A stretch of 64,000 nt of DNA from Polyangiales bacterium (GCA_038230375.1 JBBRNJ010000003.1:1-64000); one strand, 5' to 3'. Counted from the first letter of the stretch, positions 41,091-51,671 are shown. The notes: a model not told the origin generated them from the sequence alone. Numbers and translations are program-made.

Positions 41091-43334
41091 ATGGGCCTCT
41101 CTCTTAATCGCACGCTCCTTCTCCTATCCATCCCTCTCGGTACCCTGGTCGCCATCGCTTGCGGCAGCTCAGGGGACTCCACGTTTTCGGGCGGGGGAGA
41201 CGGCGATGGTGGCTACGCGGACGAGACCGGGAACACCGGGCACATAGGCGGCGAAGGCGGCCAGGACCCGTCGGTGAAAGCGAAGACCGTGTCCATCGCG
41301 TGGAAGCCAGCCGCGCAGACAGTGGTGGCCGACGGCAAGACGCCGGCCTCGCGCACGTACGATCTGGAGGCCACGCTGAAGGATGGCTCGAAGGTGCTGG
41401 TGCTGCCGGACTCGGTCCAGTTCGACCGACCCGACATCGCAACGGCAAAGGTGGGCTCCACCACCACGCTCACGACGCCAGGCACGTACGCGGGCACTGG
41501 AACGCTGCATGGCGTCTTCGGCACCCTCGGCGCCACCGCGTCGTTCACGGTCGTCGTCAACCGGAAGGATCTGAACGGCGTGAGCGCAGGTGTTGTTGCT
41601 GCCCTCGACGCAGCTGCCACCGCCGACGCATCGCTGACGTCGCTCCTCTACCCGTACGACAAGACGGTGTTTGCTCTGGGGCTCACGTCTCCCAAGGTCA
41701 TGTGGGACGCGCCGAACGCAGGCGACACGTATCGCTTCCACCTCACGCAAGCGAACTACACCTATGACACCTACGCGACCGTCGGGCAGCCGGGACAATT
41801 CCGGATCGATCAGGCCGTCTGGGACATCATCACCGCATCCAACAAGGGCGCTGGCACCGGGCTCACGCTCAAGGTGTCGCGCTACGACGCCGCGTCGAAG
41901 CTGGCGTACGTCTCCGCGTCCGAGACCTACACGATCGCGCCGGAGAGCCTGCGCGGCGCCATTTACTACTGGACCGCGTCGGAGCCGGCGTTCCCCGACG
42001 GCGGTCACGGGCCGCGCAAGGGACACATCTCGCGCTTTCGTCCAGGCACGGGCGCGGCGCCCGTCGCGCTGAACAACGGCAAGTGCATGGGCTGCCACGC
42101 GGTCAACGCGAAGGGCACCGTGCTCGTCGCCGACGTGGACGATCTCAACTACGCGGGCGGCGCCACGACCGACCCGTCCGTCGCGCCCTACAGCAACTGG
42201 AGCAAGACGCGCCCGTGGGCCAGCTTCGACGTCTCCAACGCGGACGCCGACGGTGGCGCACAGCTGAAGCTCGAGACCAACAAGTTCGGAGGTCAGATCG
42301 CGCTCACGCCAGACGGCACCTACGTGGTCTTCGGTGGACCCACGCCCGTCGGCGGCGGCGCCATCCAGCCCGGCTCGAAGTATCTCTCGCTCGGCAAGGT
42401 CGTCGACGGCACCGTGATCGCGACCAGCGGTCTTGATGACGTGAATGTCCCCGCAGGCAAGGGAATGATGATGCCCTCGTTCTCCCCGGACGGGACGAAG
42501 ATGGCAATCGTCGTCAGCTCCATGGACACGGACAACGTGATCCCCGACGCCACGGGCACGAGCATCCAGTATCTGGATTTCACGCAGGCCACACCTGCGT
42601 TTGGTACCACGCTGCATGCGCTCGTTGACGGCACGGACGCAGTGTTCACGGCCCAGACCGGCACTGGCCTCGCTTACCCGAGCTTCACTCCGGACTCGAA
42701 GGCCATCGCATTCCATGTGGGCACGACCAGCACCGGCTGCCACGGCAAGTGCGACGACTCCACCGTTGACGACGGCAACCTCTTCATCCAGCCGATCGTG
42801 AAGGGCGGCCTCGCATCACCGATCGCCATGACGGCTGCGAGCGATCCGCCGAACGCCGCCGAGGCCCGTCTCTCCGTGGAGCCCACCTTCAATCCAGACG
42901 TGCGCGGAGGCTACTCGTGGGTGGTCTTCACGACGATGCGCTCGTGGGGCAACACGCCGTTCCCGGCAGGAACGGATCCAGGTTTCGTGAACGCGAAGCG
43001 GCGGCTCTGGGTCGCTGCCGTGGACACGACCATCGGTACGATTGATCCCAGCCACCCGGCCTTCTTCCTGGAGGGCCAGGAGGACACGCCGAACATGCGC
43101 GGCTTCTGGGCAAACGCGACCTGCACGCAGACAGCGCCCGCCGGCGCCCCGCCCAACTCCTGCACGGCAGGCTACGAGTGCTGCTCAGGCTTCTGCATCA
43201 ACAAGGTCTGCGTCGATCCGAGCACGGTCGCGTGCGCGGGCATCGGTGATTCGTGCACCGTCGCTGGTGATTGCTGCAATCCCGACGCCGTCGCGTGCGT
43301 GGCCGGCAAGTGCAAAGCCGGCGGCATTCACTGA
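41091..43334 (+). CDS. TolB-like/PD40 beta-propeller lipoprotein with a Cys-rich C-terminus
   Basis: IACG lipobox, YPYDKTVF, GAIYYW, CMGCH, PSFSPDG, WVVFT..R.WG, DPSHPAF.L.GQ. Confidence 0.8.
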   Translation: MGLSLNRTLLLLSIPLGTLVAIACGSSGDSTFSGGGDGDGGYADETGNTGHIGGEGGQDPSVKAKTVSIAWKPAAQTVVADGKTPASRTYDLEATLKDGSKVLVLPDSVQFDRPDIATAKVGSTTTLTTPGTYAGTGTLHGVFGTLGATASFTVVVNRKDLNGVSAGVVAALDAAATADASLTSLLYPYDKTVFALGLTSPKVMWDAPNAGDTYRFHLTQANYTYDTYATVGQPGQFRIDQAVWDIITASNKGAGTGLTLKVSRYDAASKLAYVSASETYTIAPESLRGAIYYWTASEPAFPDGGHGPRKGHISRFRPGTGAAPVALNNGKCMGCHAVNAKGTVLVADVDDLNYAGGATTDPSVAPYSNWSKTRPWASFDVSNADADGGAQLKLETNKFGGQIALTPDGTYVVFGGPTPVGGGAIQPGSKYLSLGKVVDGTVIATSGLDDVNVPAGKGMMMPSFSPDGTKMAIVVSSMDTDNVIPDATGTSIQYLDFTQATPAFGTTLHALVDGTDAVFTAQTGTGLAYPSFTPDSKAIAFHVGTTSTGCHGKCDDSTVDDGNLFIQPIVKGGLASPIAMTAASDPPNAAEARLSVEPTFNPDVRGGYSWVVFTTMRSWGNTPFPAGTDPGFVNAKRRLWVAAVDTTIGTIDPSHPAFFLEGQEDTPNMRGFWANATCTQTAPAGAPPNSCTAGYECCSGFCINKVCVDPSTVACAGIGDSCTVAGDCCNPDAVACVAGKCKAGGIH

Positions 43335-43336
43335 CG

Positions 43337-43993
43337 TCACGCAGGGGTTCCAGGCACGGCGCCGAAGGTGGCGATGTACCAGTCGCGCTCGTGATGATCG
43401 AGACCGTCGCCGAAGGGCGCGTCGGCCTCGGCGCCTAGCTTGCGCAGCACCATGCGGAGCGTGCGTTCGTCGCGCTGACTGACCACCGGGATCCCGAGCT
43501 CCATGACCGCCGCGCCTGCGACGCCAGGTCCCGTCGCGTACTGCTTGCGCGCCCGGCGGCCGTTGTAGACCACCGTGGAGCCGCACGCGCCGCTGATGTC
43601 CATCATGAGTGCAAGATGCACGTTCTCGCGCGATGCCAGCGCCGCCATTGCGCGAGCCTCGCGAACCATGGGCTCCGTGATGTCTTCCTCCGCGTCCGTG
43701 TCCGCCTGTACGGAGGCACGTCCTGCGAGCACGTCGAAGCCGTTTCCGCGCGAGATGTTCGGGGTGAAGCGGGGCGTGCCGTAGGCGTGGTCCTCGGGGC
43801 AGAACGGGAACGCCTTCACGTTGGGTCGGGCGAGCAGGAAGCGCGCGAGCGGATATTCGCCGTACGACGTGCCATCGACGCCGCAAGGCAGCCCGGCGAG
43901 GCATCCGCTGACGAGCACGCGCATCGGCGCCTCCGCGGTGAACGTGGGCCAGGTGTGGACGGTCGCTTCGCTGGGATGATGGGGCAGGGGCAT
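43337..43993 (-). CDS. DUF523 / 2-thiouracil desulfurase family protein
   Basis: LVSGCLAG.PC..DG, FCPE...GTPR, S.ACG. Confidence 0.8.
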   Translation of the reverse strand: MPLPHHPSEATVHTWPTFTAEAPMRVLVSGCLAGLPCGVDGTSYGEYPLARFLLARPNVKAFPFCPEDHAYGTPRFTPNISRGNGFDVLAGRASVQADTDAEEDITEPMVREARAMAALASRENVHLALMMDISGACGSTVVYNGRRARKQYATGPGVAGAAVMELGIPVVSQRDERTLRMVLRKLGAEADAPFGDGLDHHERDWYIATFGAVPGTPA

Positions 43994-44034
43994 GGCCCTT
44001 CCAGGATACCGCCACTCGATGGTAAAGCCGAGAC

Positions 44035-44907
44035 GTGGTGTTTCGCCGCTTCGTCGTCCTCATCCTGCCGCTCGCCATCGCAACGTCCATCCTGGGCACC
44101 GCGGGCGTCAGCCGTGCGGATGGCGCGCGCTCCACGCCGTCGAAAGAGGAACCGCTGTTCGAGCGGCGCCCCATCGGTCACGAAGCCGACTCCGAGCACG
44201 AGTCCAAGCACGCGCTCCCGTGCCGGCCCACGGTCACCTGCACGGCCGACATCGTCCCCGCCGGCGATCTCGAGATCGAGTCTGGCGTCGTCTCCAGGAA
44301 GCAGCGCACCGGCTTCACGCTCAGTGCGCCGCTCCTCATGAAGTACTCCCTCTCGCACGAGCTGCAGATCCAGCTGGGCGGCAACACCCTGACTGCGATC
44401 CGGACGCAGAAGCGCTCGACTTACATCGACAACGCCGTGGGCGGCCTGAAAGTTCACATCGTGGACCAGACGGACAAGCGGCCGTCCCTCGCGCTGTCCG
44501 CAGCGCTCAGCGTGCCCACGTTTCGCGCGGACGGCTACGAGCGCGCGTACAACGGTATCTTCACTGCCTACGCCACGAAGGACTTCGGCCCCATCCACCT
44601 GGACCTCAACCTGGGCGTGAACGCCGCGGGCATCGACAAGATCGCCACGGGCCAGGGCTACGCGGCGCTTGCGGCCGCGACGGAGTTCACGACGGAGTTC
44701 GGCGCCATCCTCGAGGGATACATCTTCTCCGACGCGCAGCCTTACGTGCCAGAGGACGCTGGCATCGTGTTCGCGTTCACGCACAGCCCCAAGCCGTGGC
44801 TCGTCTTCGACGCCGGCGTCGACATCTCGCTGTACCAATCAACGCGTGTATTCTCCACGTTCTTTGGAGTCACGTTCATCCCACTGACATCGGGCCACCA
44901 CGACTAG
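44035..44907 (+). CDS. Putative outer-membrane beta-barrel ('transporter' family)
   Basis: Signal peptide, CRPTV.C.ADIVP.G..E.E.G, FDAG, C-terminal G.TF. Confidence 0.65.
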   Translation: MVFRRFVVLILPLAIATSILGTAGVSRADGARSTPSKEEPLFERRPIGHEADSEHESKHALPCRPTVTCTADIVPAGDLEIESGVVSRKQRTGFTLSAPLLMKYSLSHELQIQLGGNTLTAIRTQKRSTYIDNAVGGLKVHIVDQTDKRPSLALSAALSVPTFRADGYERAYNGIFTAYATKDFGPIHLDLNLGVNAAGIDKIATGQGYAALAAATEFTTEFGAILEGYIFSDAQPYVPEDAGIVFAFTHSPKPWLVFDAGVDISLYQSTRVFSTFFGVTFIPLTSGHHD

Positions 44908-44912
44908 ACGGC

Positions 44913-45866
44913 TCAGGGGCGCTTGGGAGATGGCGCGCTTGCGTCTGGCGCACCGCCGTCTGGGGCTCCGGCGTCTGGCTTCTTCCAGAGCGCGACGCCT
45001 GCGTCTGCGTGGACGTCGCCGAGCATCATCGTGAGCATCTCGTCTTCGGCGCTCTCCACCTTCTTCAGGGAGATCTTCAGCGTCAGCGGCTCGATCACGG
45101 CGAGCTTCTCCGTCACGAGCTTCTTCGCGTTCGGGTTGGACGCTCCGAGACCCATGCGGAGCGAGCGCTCCTCTTCACGCCACAGCGCCGCGGCGCCCTC
45201 GGCCGCGCGGAAGATGTTGGCGCCATAGCGCCCGCCGGGGCCGTCGCGCCTGGAGAGATCGCGCTGAACGCAGGCGGAGTGGTCGGGGTGCAGCTCCGGA
45301 ACCATCTTGTCCAGTGGCTCGCCGCGCCCGATCGCGCCGTAGGTATCGCAGGCACCGGCGACGCTGTGCGCGACCGCTGCGATCAGCTTGATCGCGGTGG
45401 CCTCGTCGTTCGCCGTGACCCCGACGTCGGGAGCCACACGCGCCATCTCGGTCGCCACGGCCATGCGCAGCGCGTCCACGCCCGCGCCCTGACCGGACTT
45501 CAGCATGTTGAGCCACGAGTTGGTGTCTGACGCCAGGTCACCGCGGTGGTCCCGCACGAGGGCCACGGCCATCGCCGCGCACGACGCCTGGTCGGGATTG
45601 TCCGAGTGGAAGCCAGTCCGCGAACCCATGTAGTTTGCAAGTGTCGTGAGGCACGCCGGCCCGTCAACGCCGCACGCGGGAGCGTCGTCCACCTTGGGCG
45701 TCCCCGCACCCAGGCTCACGTTCAGCGCAACGATGTTCTCGCCGCTGACCTTCGGCGCCGAGTTGTGCCGGTACGCCGTGACGCCAGCCGCGACGATGCC
45801 GCCGAAGATGGCGGCCTTCACCCACGGCCGTTGAAAGAAAGAGGGGGCGTCGCTGGTGTCGCTCAC
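44913..45866 (-). CDS. Hypothetical membrane-anchored protein
   Basis: GTG start downstream of the repeat tract; N-terminal TM helix. Confidence 0.6.
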   Translation of the reverse strand: MSDTSDAPSFFQRPWVKAAIFGGIVAAGVTAYRHNSAPKVSGENIVALNVSLGAGTPKVDDAPACGVDGPACLTTLANYMGSRTGFHSDNPDQASCAAMAVALVRDHRGDLASDTNSWLNMLKSGQGAGVDALRMAVATEMARVAPDVGVTANDEATAIKLIAAVAHSVAGACDTYGAIGRGEPLDKMVPELHPDHSACVQRDLSRRDGPGGRYGANIFRAAEGAAALWREEERSLRMGLGASNPNAKKLVTEKLAVIEPLTLKISLKKVESAEDEMLTMMLGDVHADAGVALWKKPDAGAPDGGAPDASAPSPKRP

Positions 45867-45880
45867 GCCCCCTACGATAC

Positions 45881-46053
45881 TCGACAACGACAACGACTTC
45901 GACGAGGACTTCGACAACGACTTCGACGAGGACTTCGACTTCGACAACGACGAGGACTTCGACCTCGACAACGACGAGGACTTCGACCTCGACTTCGACT
46001 TCGACCTCGACTTCGACCTCGACCTCGACTTCGACTTCGACCTCGACCTCGAC
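45881..46053. repeat. Hexamer tract 2 (GACTTC/GACCTC/GACAAC on +; GTCGAR on -)
   Basis: Directly downstream of the acyl-CoA dehydrogenase stop. Confidence 0.9.
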
Positions 46054-46054
46054 C

Positions 46055-47935
46055 CTAGACGGTGGCGAAGGCCTCGTTTGGGATGTCGAGCGGGCTCTTG
46101 TCCTCTTCCTCGAGGAGCTTGGCCTTGAACTCGACGCCCGGGAGGACGTTGCGCGCGAAGTAGAGCGCTGCCTGGGTCTTGCCGGAGTAGAAGGCGAAGT
46201 CGGGGTGACCGGCGTCCACCTTCTTCTTCTTCTCCTCGGCGATGACGGCCGCGTCGAGCAGGAGCCACGCCACCGTGAGCTCCGACATCATCTCGAGGAC
46301 GCGGTTCGCGGAGAGCGGGACCATGCCCAGGTTGCCTGACTGGAACCACATGAGCATGCGCATGGCGGTCGCGCCGACCTGCTCCTGCGCCTTGCCGAGC
46401 CGCTTCACGGCATCACCGAGCACCGGGTGGCTCGACTGCGCCGCCACGAACTTCGATATGTCACCGAGGAACGACTGGAGGTTTGCGCCGCCGGCCTGAC
46501 CCAGCTTGCGACCCACCAGGTCCATGGCCTGGATGTGATTCGTGCCTTCGTAGATGCTGAAGATCTTCGCGTCGCGGCAGTACTGCTCGACAGGGTAGTC
46601 GCGCGTGTAGCCCGCGCCGCCGTAGGTCTGGATCGCGGTCTCGCACACGCGGAAGCCCTGGTCGGAGCCGTATGCCTTCACGAGCGGCACGAGCAGGTCG
46701 ACCTGGCCCTGGTGATAGACGGCGACCTTCTCGTCGCTTGCGCCGTACACGCTGACGGCGTCGCGGTGGAAGGCGAGCTTCACGGCGAGCGCGCGGATTC
46801 CCTCGACGCGGGACTTCATGTCCAGGAGCATGCGGCGCACGTCCGCGTGTTCGATGATGGGCACGCGCGGCGCGCTGGCGTCCTTCCAGTGCGTGATCGA
46901 CGAGCCTTGCTTGCGCTCGCGTGCGTACTCGAGCGCGTTGAGGTACGCGCTGCTTGCAACGGCCACGCCCTGCACGCCGACCGCGATGCGGGCGCCGTTC
47001 ATCATCCTGAACATCTGCGGCATGCCCTGATTGAGCTTCTCTTCGCCGCCAACCGGCCAGCCGATGCACTTGCCGTTCTCGCCAAAGTTGAGCACGCACG
47101 TGGCAGAGCCGTTGATGCCCATCTTGTGCTCGATGCTGGCGACGTTCGCGTCGTTGCGCTCGCCAAGCGTGCCGTCCGCCGTGGTGCGCACGCTGGGGAC
47201 GATGAAGAGCGTGAGGCCTTTCGTGCCAGGCGGTGCGCCTTCGACGCGCGCGAGCACCAGGTGGATGATGTTCTCCGCGAGCTGGTGGTCGCCGCCCGTG
47301 ATGAAGATCTTCGTGCCGGTGATGTTGTAGCTGCCGTCCGCGTTCTTCTTCGCGGTGGTCTTGGCGCTGCCCACGTCGGTGCCGGCGTGCGGCTCCGTGA
47401 GGCACATGGTGCCGCCCCACTTGCCGGAGAACATGCGCCCGCAGTAGAGGTGCTGCTGCTCGTCCGTGCCGAACGCGGCGATGACCTCACCCGCGCCGTG
47501 GGCCAGGCCCGGGTACATCGCGAACGCGGCGTTGGAGCCAGCAAGGAGCTCCAGCGTGAGCACCGCGACGGAGAGCGGTGCGCCCGCGCCGCCGTGGTCG
47601 GGCGAGACGCCGATGCTGATCCAGCCTGCCTCGTAGAGCTTCTTCCACGCGTCCTCGAACTGCCTCGGCGCGATGACACGCCCGTTCTCGATCTTGCATC
47701 CGGTCGCGTCGCCGATGGCGTTGAGCGGGCCAGTGACCTCGCGCGCGAAGCGGTAACACTCGGTGAGCGAGCTGCGAATCTCCTCCTCGCCCCAGGCCTC
47801 GAACGGCGCCTTGCCACAGAGGTCCTGCAGCTTGAACTGCTCGAACAGGAGGAAGGTGAAATCGCGGAGGTCGGCCTTGTAACGGTTGATGGCTTGCACG
47901 GGTTTTTCCACGGCGGCTCTCCTCGTTCTCGTCAA
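46055..47935 (-). CDS. Acyl-CoA dehydrogenase (long, FadE5-like)
   Basis: GTMCLTEPHAG, GTKIFITGG, EHKMGINGSATC, YEGTN.IQA.DL.GRK. Confidence 0.93.
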   Translation of the reverse strand: MTRTRRAAVEKPVQAINRYKADLRDFTFLLFEQFKLQDLCGKAPFEAWGEEEIRSSLTECYRFAREVTGPLNAIGDATGCKIENGRVIAPRQFEDAWKKLYEAGWISIGVSPDHGGAGAPLSVAVLTLELLAGSNAAFAMYPGLAHGAGEVIAAFGTDEQQHLYCGRMFSGKWGGTMCLTEPHAGTDVGSAKTTAKKNADGSYNITGTKIFITGGDHQLAENIIHLVLARVEGAPPGTKGLTLFIVPSVRTTADGTLGERNDANVASIEHKMGINGSATCVLNFGENGKCIGWPVGGEEKLNQGMPQMFRMMNGARIAVGVQGVAVASSAYLNALEYARERKQGSSITHWKDASAPRVPIIEHADVRRMLLDMKSRVEGIRALAVKLAFHRDAVSVYGASDEKVAVYHQGQVDLLVPLVKAYGSDQGFRVCETAIQTYGGAGYTRDYPVEQYCRDAKIFSIYEGTNHIQAMDLVGRKLGQAGGANLQSFLGDISKFVAAQSSHPVLGDAVKRLGKAQEQVGATAMRMLMWFQSGNLGMVPLSANRVLEMMSELTVAWLLLDAAVIAEEKKKKVDAGHPDFAFYSGKTQAALYFARNVLPGVEFKAKLLEEEDKSPLDIPNEAFATV

Positions 47936-48086
47936 GTGCCGCGCCCGACGCGCGACGAATGAATGCTCATTCAGTTAATAAAGCACTTGGGACGAGTCGG
48001 AAAGGGGGGACGCCAAAATCAACGAAAATGCACGAAACCACCGATGATTTCGGGGCCGCCGGCGAGGAGGACGGTCGGGCGGCGGA

Positions 48087-48296
48087 GTCGAGGTCGAGGT
48101 CGCGGTCGAGGTCGAGGTCGAGGTCGGGGTCGGGGTCGGGGTGGGGGTCGGGGTCGGGGTCGGGGTTGGGGTCGGGGTTGGGGTCGGGGTTGGGGTCGGG
48201 GTTGGGGTCGAGGGCAGGGTTGGGGTCGAAGTCCTCGTCGAAGTCGTGGTCGTCGTCGAAGTCGCGGTCGTCGTCGAAGTCCTCGTCGAAGTCGTC
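48087..48296. repeat. Hexamer tract 3: GTCGAG grading into GGGGTC/GGGGTT, then GTCGAA/GTCGTC
   Basis: Direct inspection. Confidence 0.9.
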
Positions 48297-48319
48297 CCGG
48301 TCCTCGCTACACTCTCTCT

Positions 48320-48508
48320 GTGAACCGCTGCACCCGGCACGATCTCGCGCGCGGCCCCGACGGCCTCTGCGCGCGATGCCTGAAAGACAAGCAGCGTCTC
48401 TCGGCCCCGCGCGGTGATCGCGCACGCACGGCCGCGCGACTCCTCCTCGCGCTCCTGGCCTTCATAGCAACGTTCGCCGCCCTGCTGAGCTACTGCGACA
48501 CCAACTGA
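48320..48508 (+). CDS. Small membrane protein with a C..H...C..C motif
   Basis: RCTRHDLA.GPDG.C..C plus C-terminal TM helix. Confidence 0.5.
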   Translation: MNRCTRHDLARGPDGLCARCLKDKQRLSAPRGDRARTAARLLLALLAFIATFAALLSYCDTN

Positions 48509-48524
48509 CTCTGGCGAGAAGTCC

Positions 48525-51500
48525 TCAGAGCTCCGCGCGGACGAGCACGAACTTGTTGCAGAGATTTTTGTCGGTGAGCTCCGTGTAGCCCTTCGGCGTG
48601 ATCTCGCTCTTCAGACCGCCGGTCCGTCCGTGCTCGGTGATGAAGTACATCGTCTTCGTGCCCTTCGCCCTCTGCTCCTTGAGCCAGTTCGTGAAGGTGC
48701 TCCCGGTGGAGACGAACGCAGGGACGTGGTTGCCCGTGTAGAAGTTCTCGCCCTTCCAGTTCATCTGGTAGGCGATGAGCATCTCGCTCGGGTTCTTTCG
48801 GTCGCGGTAGTACGCCTCGATGAGCTCGTGCTGTCCCCAGTGGGGCGAGGTCTTCATCATGTAGACGTCCGTCCCCCAGAGGCCCCACACCAGCGCGAAC
48901 GCAGCGAATGCGGCCACGGCGTGCGCGCGCAGCCGGCGCACCGCGAGGAACATCATCAGCAGCGCCGCTGCGATGCTGAACGCCGTGAGCACCGAGGTGA
49001 AGTCGAGCGACTCCGGGAACGGACGGCGATAGTTGTACGTGAACAGCTGGAGCAGGCGAATCGCGCCGGGCTGGTCGCCCGTGCCCTTCGCATCGAGCGA
49101 GAGGTCGCGACCGACCAGGGCGAGGAGCCCCACGCCAGACACCGCGGCGGCGCCCACCATGAGCCGCTCGTGCGCGAAGCGGGAGACGACCGTCTCGCGG
49201 TGGCTCGATGGATCGGAGGTGCCGCGATACGCGGAGGCCGTGGGGTTCGAGACCTCCGCCTCCTCGTACTCGTCGCCCTCTTCGCGATCGAGCATGGGGC
49301 TGCCAAAGAACTTGATGCCCGCAGCGATGACCGCCACGCCGGCCACAGCGAATTTTGCCCGCCACACGAACGTGAAGATCTTCGTGAGGGTGGAGCCTTC
49401 GAGCTTGTCCGCGTGCGCGAGCGCCTCCAGATCATGCCCTGCGATGGTGCCGAAGAGCGAACCGGGGAACATGCGCGAGATGCCGAACACGAAGAGCGCG
49501 GCGCCCAGCCCGAGCGTCACGTAGTACGGCAGGGACAACCCACCACCGCGCGTGAGCGGACGCTTGCCGAGCATGTCGTCCAGGACCACGCCGATGAGCA
49601 TCGCGATCGGCGGCACGGCCGGGAAGATGTAGTGGTGGAACTTGGTCCCCATGAACGAGAAGAGCGCAAACGCGAACAGCGCCCACATCACGAGGAGCAC
49701 CGACAGGTCGCCCTTGCCCTTGTCCGCCGAGTCGCCGCGGCGCAGCCAGTACGTGAGGCCAAGCGGGACAAGGCCCACCCATGGGAACGTCGCGTAGCCG
49801 AGCTGCCAGATGTAGAAGCGGAAGCTCGTGTCGTCGCCCTCGTTCGTGTCGTGCACGTGGCCGAAGGCGCGGTTGAACATGTCGTGGAAGAACAGGCGGT
49901 CGATGAACGGCGACCCATGGCGCACGTACATGGCAACGAACCACGGCGCTGCGACGCAAGCGAGGACCAGAAGGCCGCTGAGGAACTCGAGGCGGAGCAG
50001 CTCGCCCCACTTTCGCTTGGTGCCCAGGTATGCGAACGCGCAGACCGCGGGAAGAATGAAGCCGGCCGGGCCCTTGCCCATGGTCGCGATCGCCGTGCAG
50101 AACCACGCGGCAATGTAGCAGAGCCGCCGCACGCGACGCTCGCCCCAGTTCACCCAGAGCAGCACGCCGAGCACGACGAGCCACACGATGCCTTGCAGGA
50201 ACGGCTCGATGCCGCCGACGAAATGCCAGAGCGCCCCGCCGATGCCGATGCCGAGTCCCTTCGGGACCTGCGCAGGCGCGACCGTGGCGCACGCCTCGTT
50301 GCCAGGAATGCCGCAGTTGACCGCGGAGCCGCTGCGAAACTCGTCGAAGTGCGGGCGGAAGCCCTTGGGTCCGTTGCCGGACAGCACGAGCTCGAGGTTG
50401 CGCGACAGCAGATAGAGCGCCTGCGGCAGCGCGCAGAGGATGATGATCCCGAAGACCAGATGGAACAGAGAGAAGCGCAGCTTCCGCGAGCCGATGTCGA
50501 CCTCGTAGAGCGCGACCTTCTTCTCCTCCTCCGTGTAGAGGCCGAGCATGAGCAGGCCCATCGCGGCCGTCATGGCGGCGACGAACGGCATGTCCGTCAT
50601 GGTCTGGTGTGCGAGGAAGAACCAGTCGGGCATCGTGGCGAGCACGATGGCGCCGATCATCCCGGCGCGGCGCCCGAAGACCTTCGCGACGCCCTTGTAG
50701 AGCAGGTACATCGCGGTGAGCGTGAACAGCACGTTCGGCGTGCGTACGACCCACTCCGGATGCCCGACGCCGTCACCGCCGAACCCCTGCATCATCTGAT
50801 CGGAGTGGAAGTGCGTGCCCAGCGTGGACATCGACAGTGACTGGATCCAGAAGTTCAAGATCGGCTTCGACCAGAACCATCCGTCCTGCGCCCACCAGAG
50901 CGAGATCCAGTCGTCGCGCGCGAGGATCTCGCGGGCGACCTCGCCGTAGTGCGTCTCCCACGGATCCCACAGCGAAAACAGGCCCAGCGTCGGGAAGTAG
51001 AGGAGCGCGCCAGTGACGAGCACCCAGAAGCCGTGGCGAAGGTGCAGGGGGCGAGCGTTGCCGTCCTCGTCGTGCTTCCACGGACCGAGCGCGACGCCCA
51101 GCTTGAAGATCGCCATGATGAGCGCGATGAACGCCGCGGTCACGAGCACACCGCCGACCATCCCCTTGAAGAGCCCAAGCCCAGCCAGTGACACCGTCGC
51201 GGCGAATGCGATGAACGCCCCCACGCTCAGCGCGAGCGGCGCGAGCAGGTCGGAGAGCGTGCGCTTCTCGAGCGCCTTGCCTTCCTCGGGAGCGTCGTCG
51301 AACGAGCCCATGTAGTCGAGCACCGAGAACGCCGCGAGCATCACGAAGATCACACCGAGCGGCACGCCGATCCGTAGCTGCCCGTTCTTCGCCATCAGCA
51401 AGAACGCAAACAACGCCGACGCCGAGCCCAGGATCAACGCGCCACGCCGGACCGGATTCCCACGCGGAATGAGCCGCTCCTCGACCTTGGCGGCCTTGGC

Positions 51501-51671
51501 CTCACCGTCGACCTTGGCCTCACCGTCGACCTTGGCCTCACCGTCGACCTTGGCCTCACCGTCGACCTTGGCCTTGGCCTCGGACGTGTCGGGCTTCGCC
51601 TCCGCCTCTACAGGCACGGAGGGCGGGGGAGGGTCTTCGCTGGGGGGCGTTTCGGTCTTGAGGTCGCTCAT
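48525..51671 (-). CDS. GT39/ArnT-like membrane glycosyltransferase
   Basis: LWDPWETHYGEVARE, SKP...W, TDMP, KGP.G, PW.V.M, TKF.HYI.P; many TM helices. Confidence 0.85.
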   Translation of the reverse strand: MSDLKTETPPSEDPPPPSVPVEAEAKPDTSEAKAKVDGEAKVDGEAKVDGEAKVDGEAKAAKVEERLIPRGNPVRRGALILGSASALFAFLLMAKNGQLRIGVPLGVIFVMLAAFSVLDYMGSFDDAPEEGKALEKRTLSDLLAPLALSVGAFIAFAATVSLAGLGLFKGMVGGVLVTAAFIALIMAIFKLGVALGPWKHDEDGNARPLHLRHGFWVLVTGALLYFPTLGLFSLWDPWETHYGEVAREILARDDWISLWWAQDGWFWSKPILNFWIQSLSMSTLGTHFHSDQMMQGFGGDGVGHPEWVVRTPNVLFTLTAMYLLYKGVAKVFGRRAGMIGAIVLATMPDWFFLAHQTMTDMPFVAAMTAAMGLLMLGLYTEEEKKVALYEVDIGSRKLRFSLFHLVFGIIILCALPQALYLLSRNLELVLSGNGPKGFRPHFDEFRSGSAVNCGIPGNEACATVAPAQVPKGLGIGIGGALWHFVGGIEPFLQGIVWLVVLGVLLWVNWGERRVRRLCYIAAWFCTAIATMGKGPAGFILPAVCAFAYLGTKRKWGELLRLEFLSGLLVLACVAAPWFVAMYVRHGSPFIDRLFFHDMFNRAFGHVHDTNEGDDTSFRFYIWQLGYATFPWVGLVPLGLTYWLRRGDSADKGKGDLSVLLVMWALFAFALFSFMGTKFHHYIFPAVPPIAMLIGVVLDDMLGKRPLTRGGGLSLPYYVTLGLGAALFVFGISRMFPGSLFGTIAGHDLEALAHADKLEGSTLTKIFTFVWRAKFAVAGVAVIAAGIKFFGSPMLDREEGDEYEEAEVSNPTASAYRGTSDPSSHRETVVSRFAHERLMVGAAAVSGVGLLALVGRDLSLDAKGTGDQPGAIRLLQLFTYNYRRPFPESLDFTSVLTAFSIAAALLMMFLAVRRLRAHAVAAFAAFALVWGLWGTDVYMMKTSPHWGQHELIEAYYRDRKNPSEMLIAYQMNWKGENFYTGNHVPAFVSTGSTFTNWLKEQRAKGTKTMYFITEHGRTGGLKSEITPKGYTELTDKNLCNKFVLVRAEL
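51494..51572. repeat. In-frame 18-bp tandem repeat (x4) encoding AKVDGE
   Basis: CCTTGGCCTCACCGTCGA x4. Confidence 0.85.

Noticed and set aside
42083..42099. CMGCH as a heme c site making 41091-43334 a cytochrome
   Set aside because: A single motif within a TolB-like propeller lipoprotein; heme binding cannot be supported from sequence
45856..46349. ORFs rich in DFDFD or SRSKS; also 47959-48425, 57986-58230 and 63518-63973
   Set aside because: These are translations of stop-free hexamer repeats; no RBS or domain support
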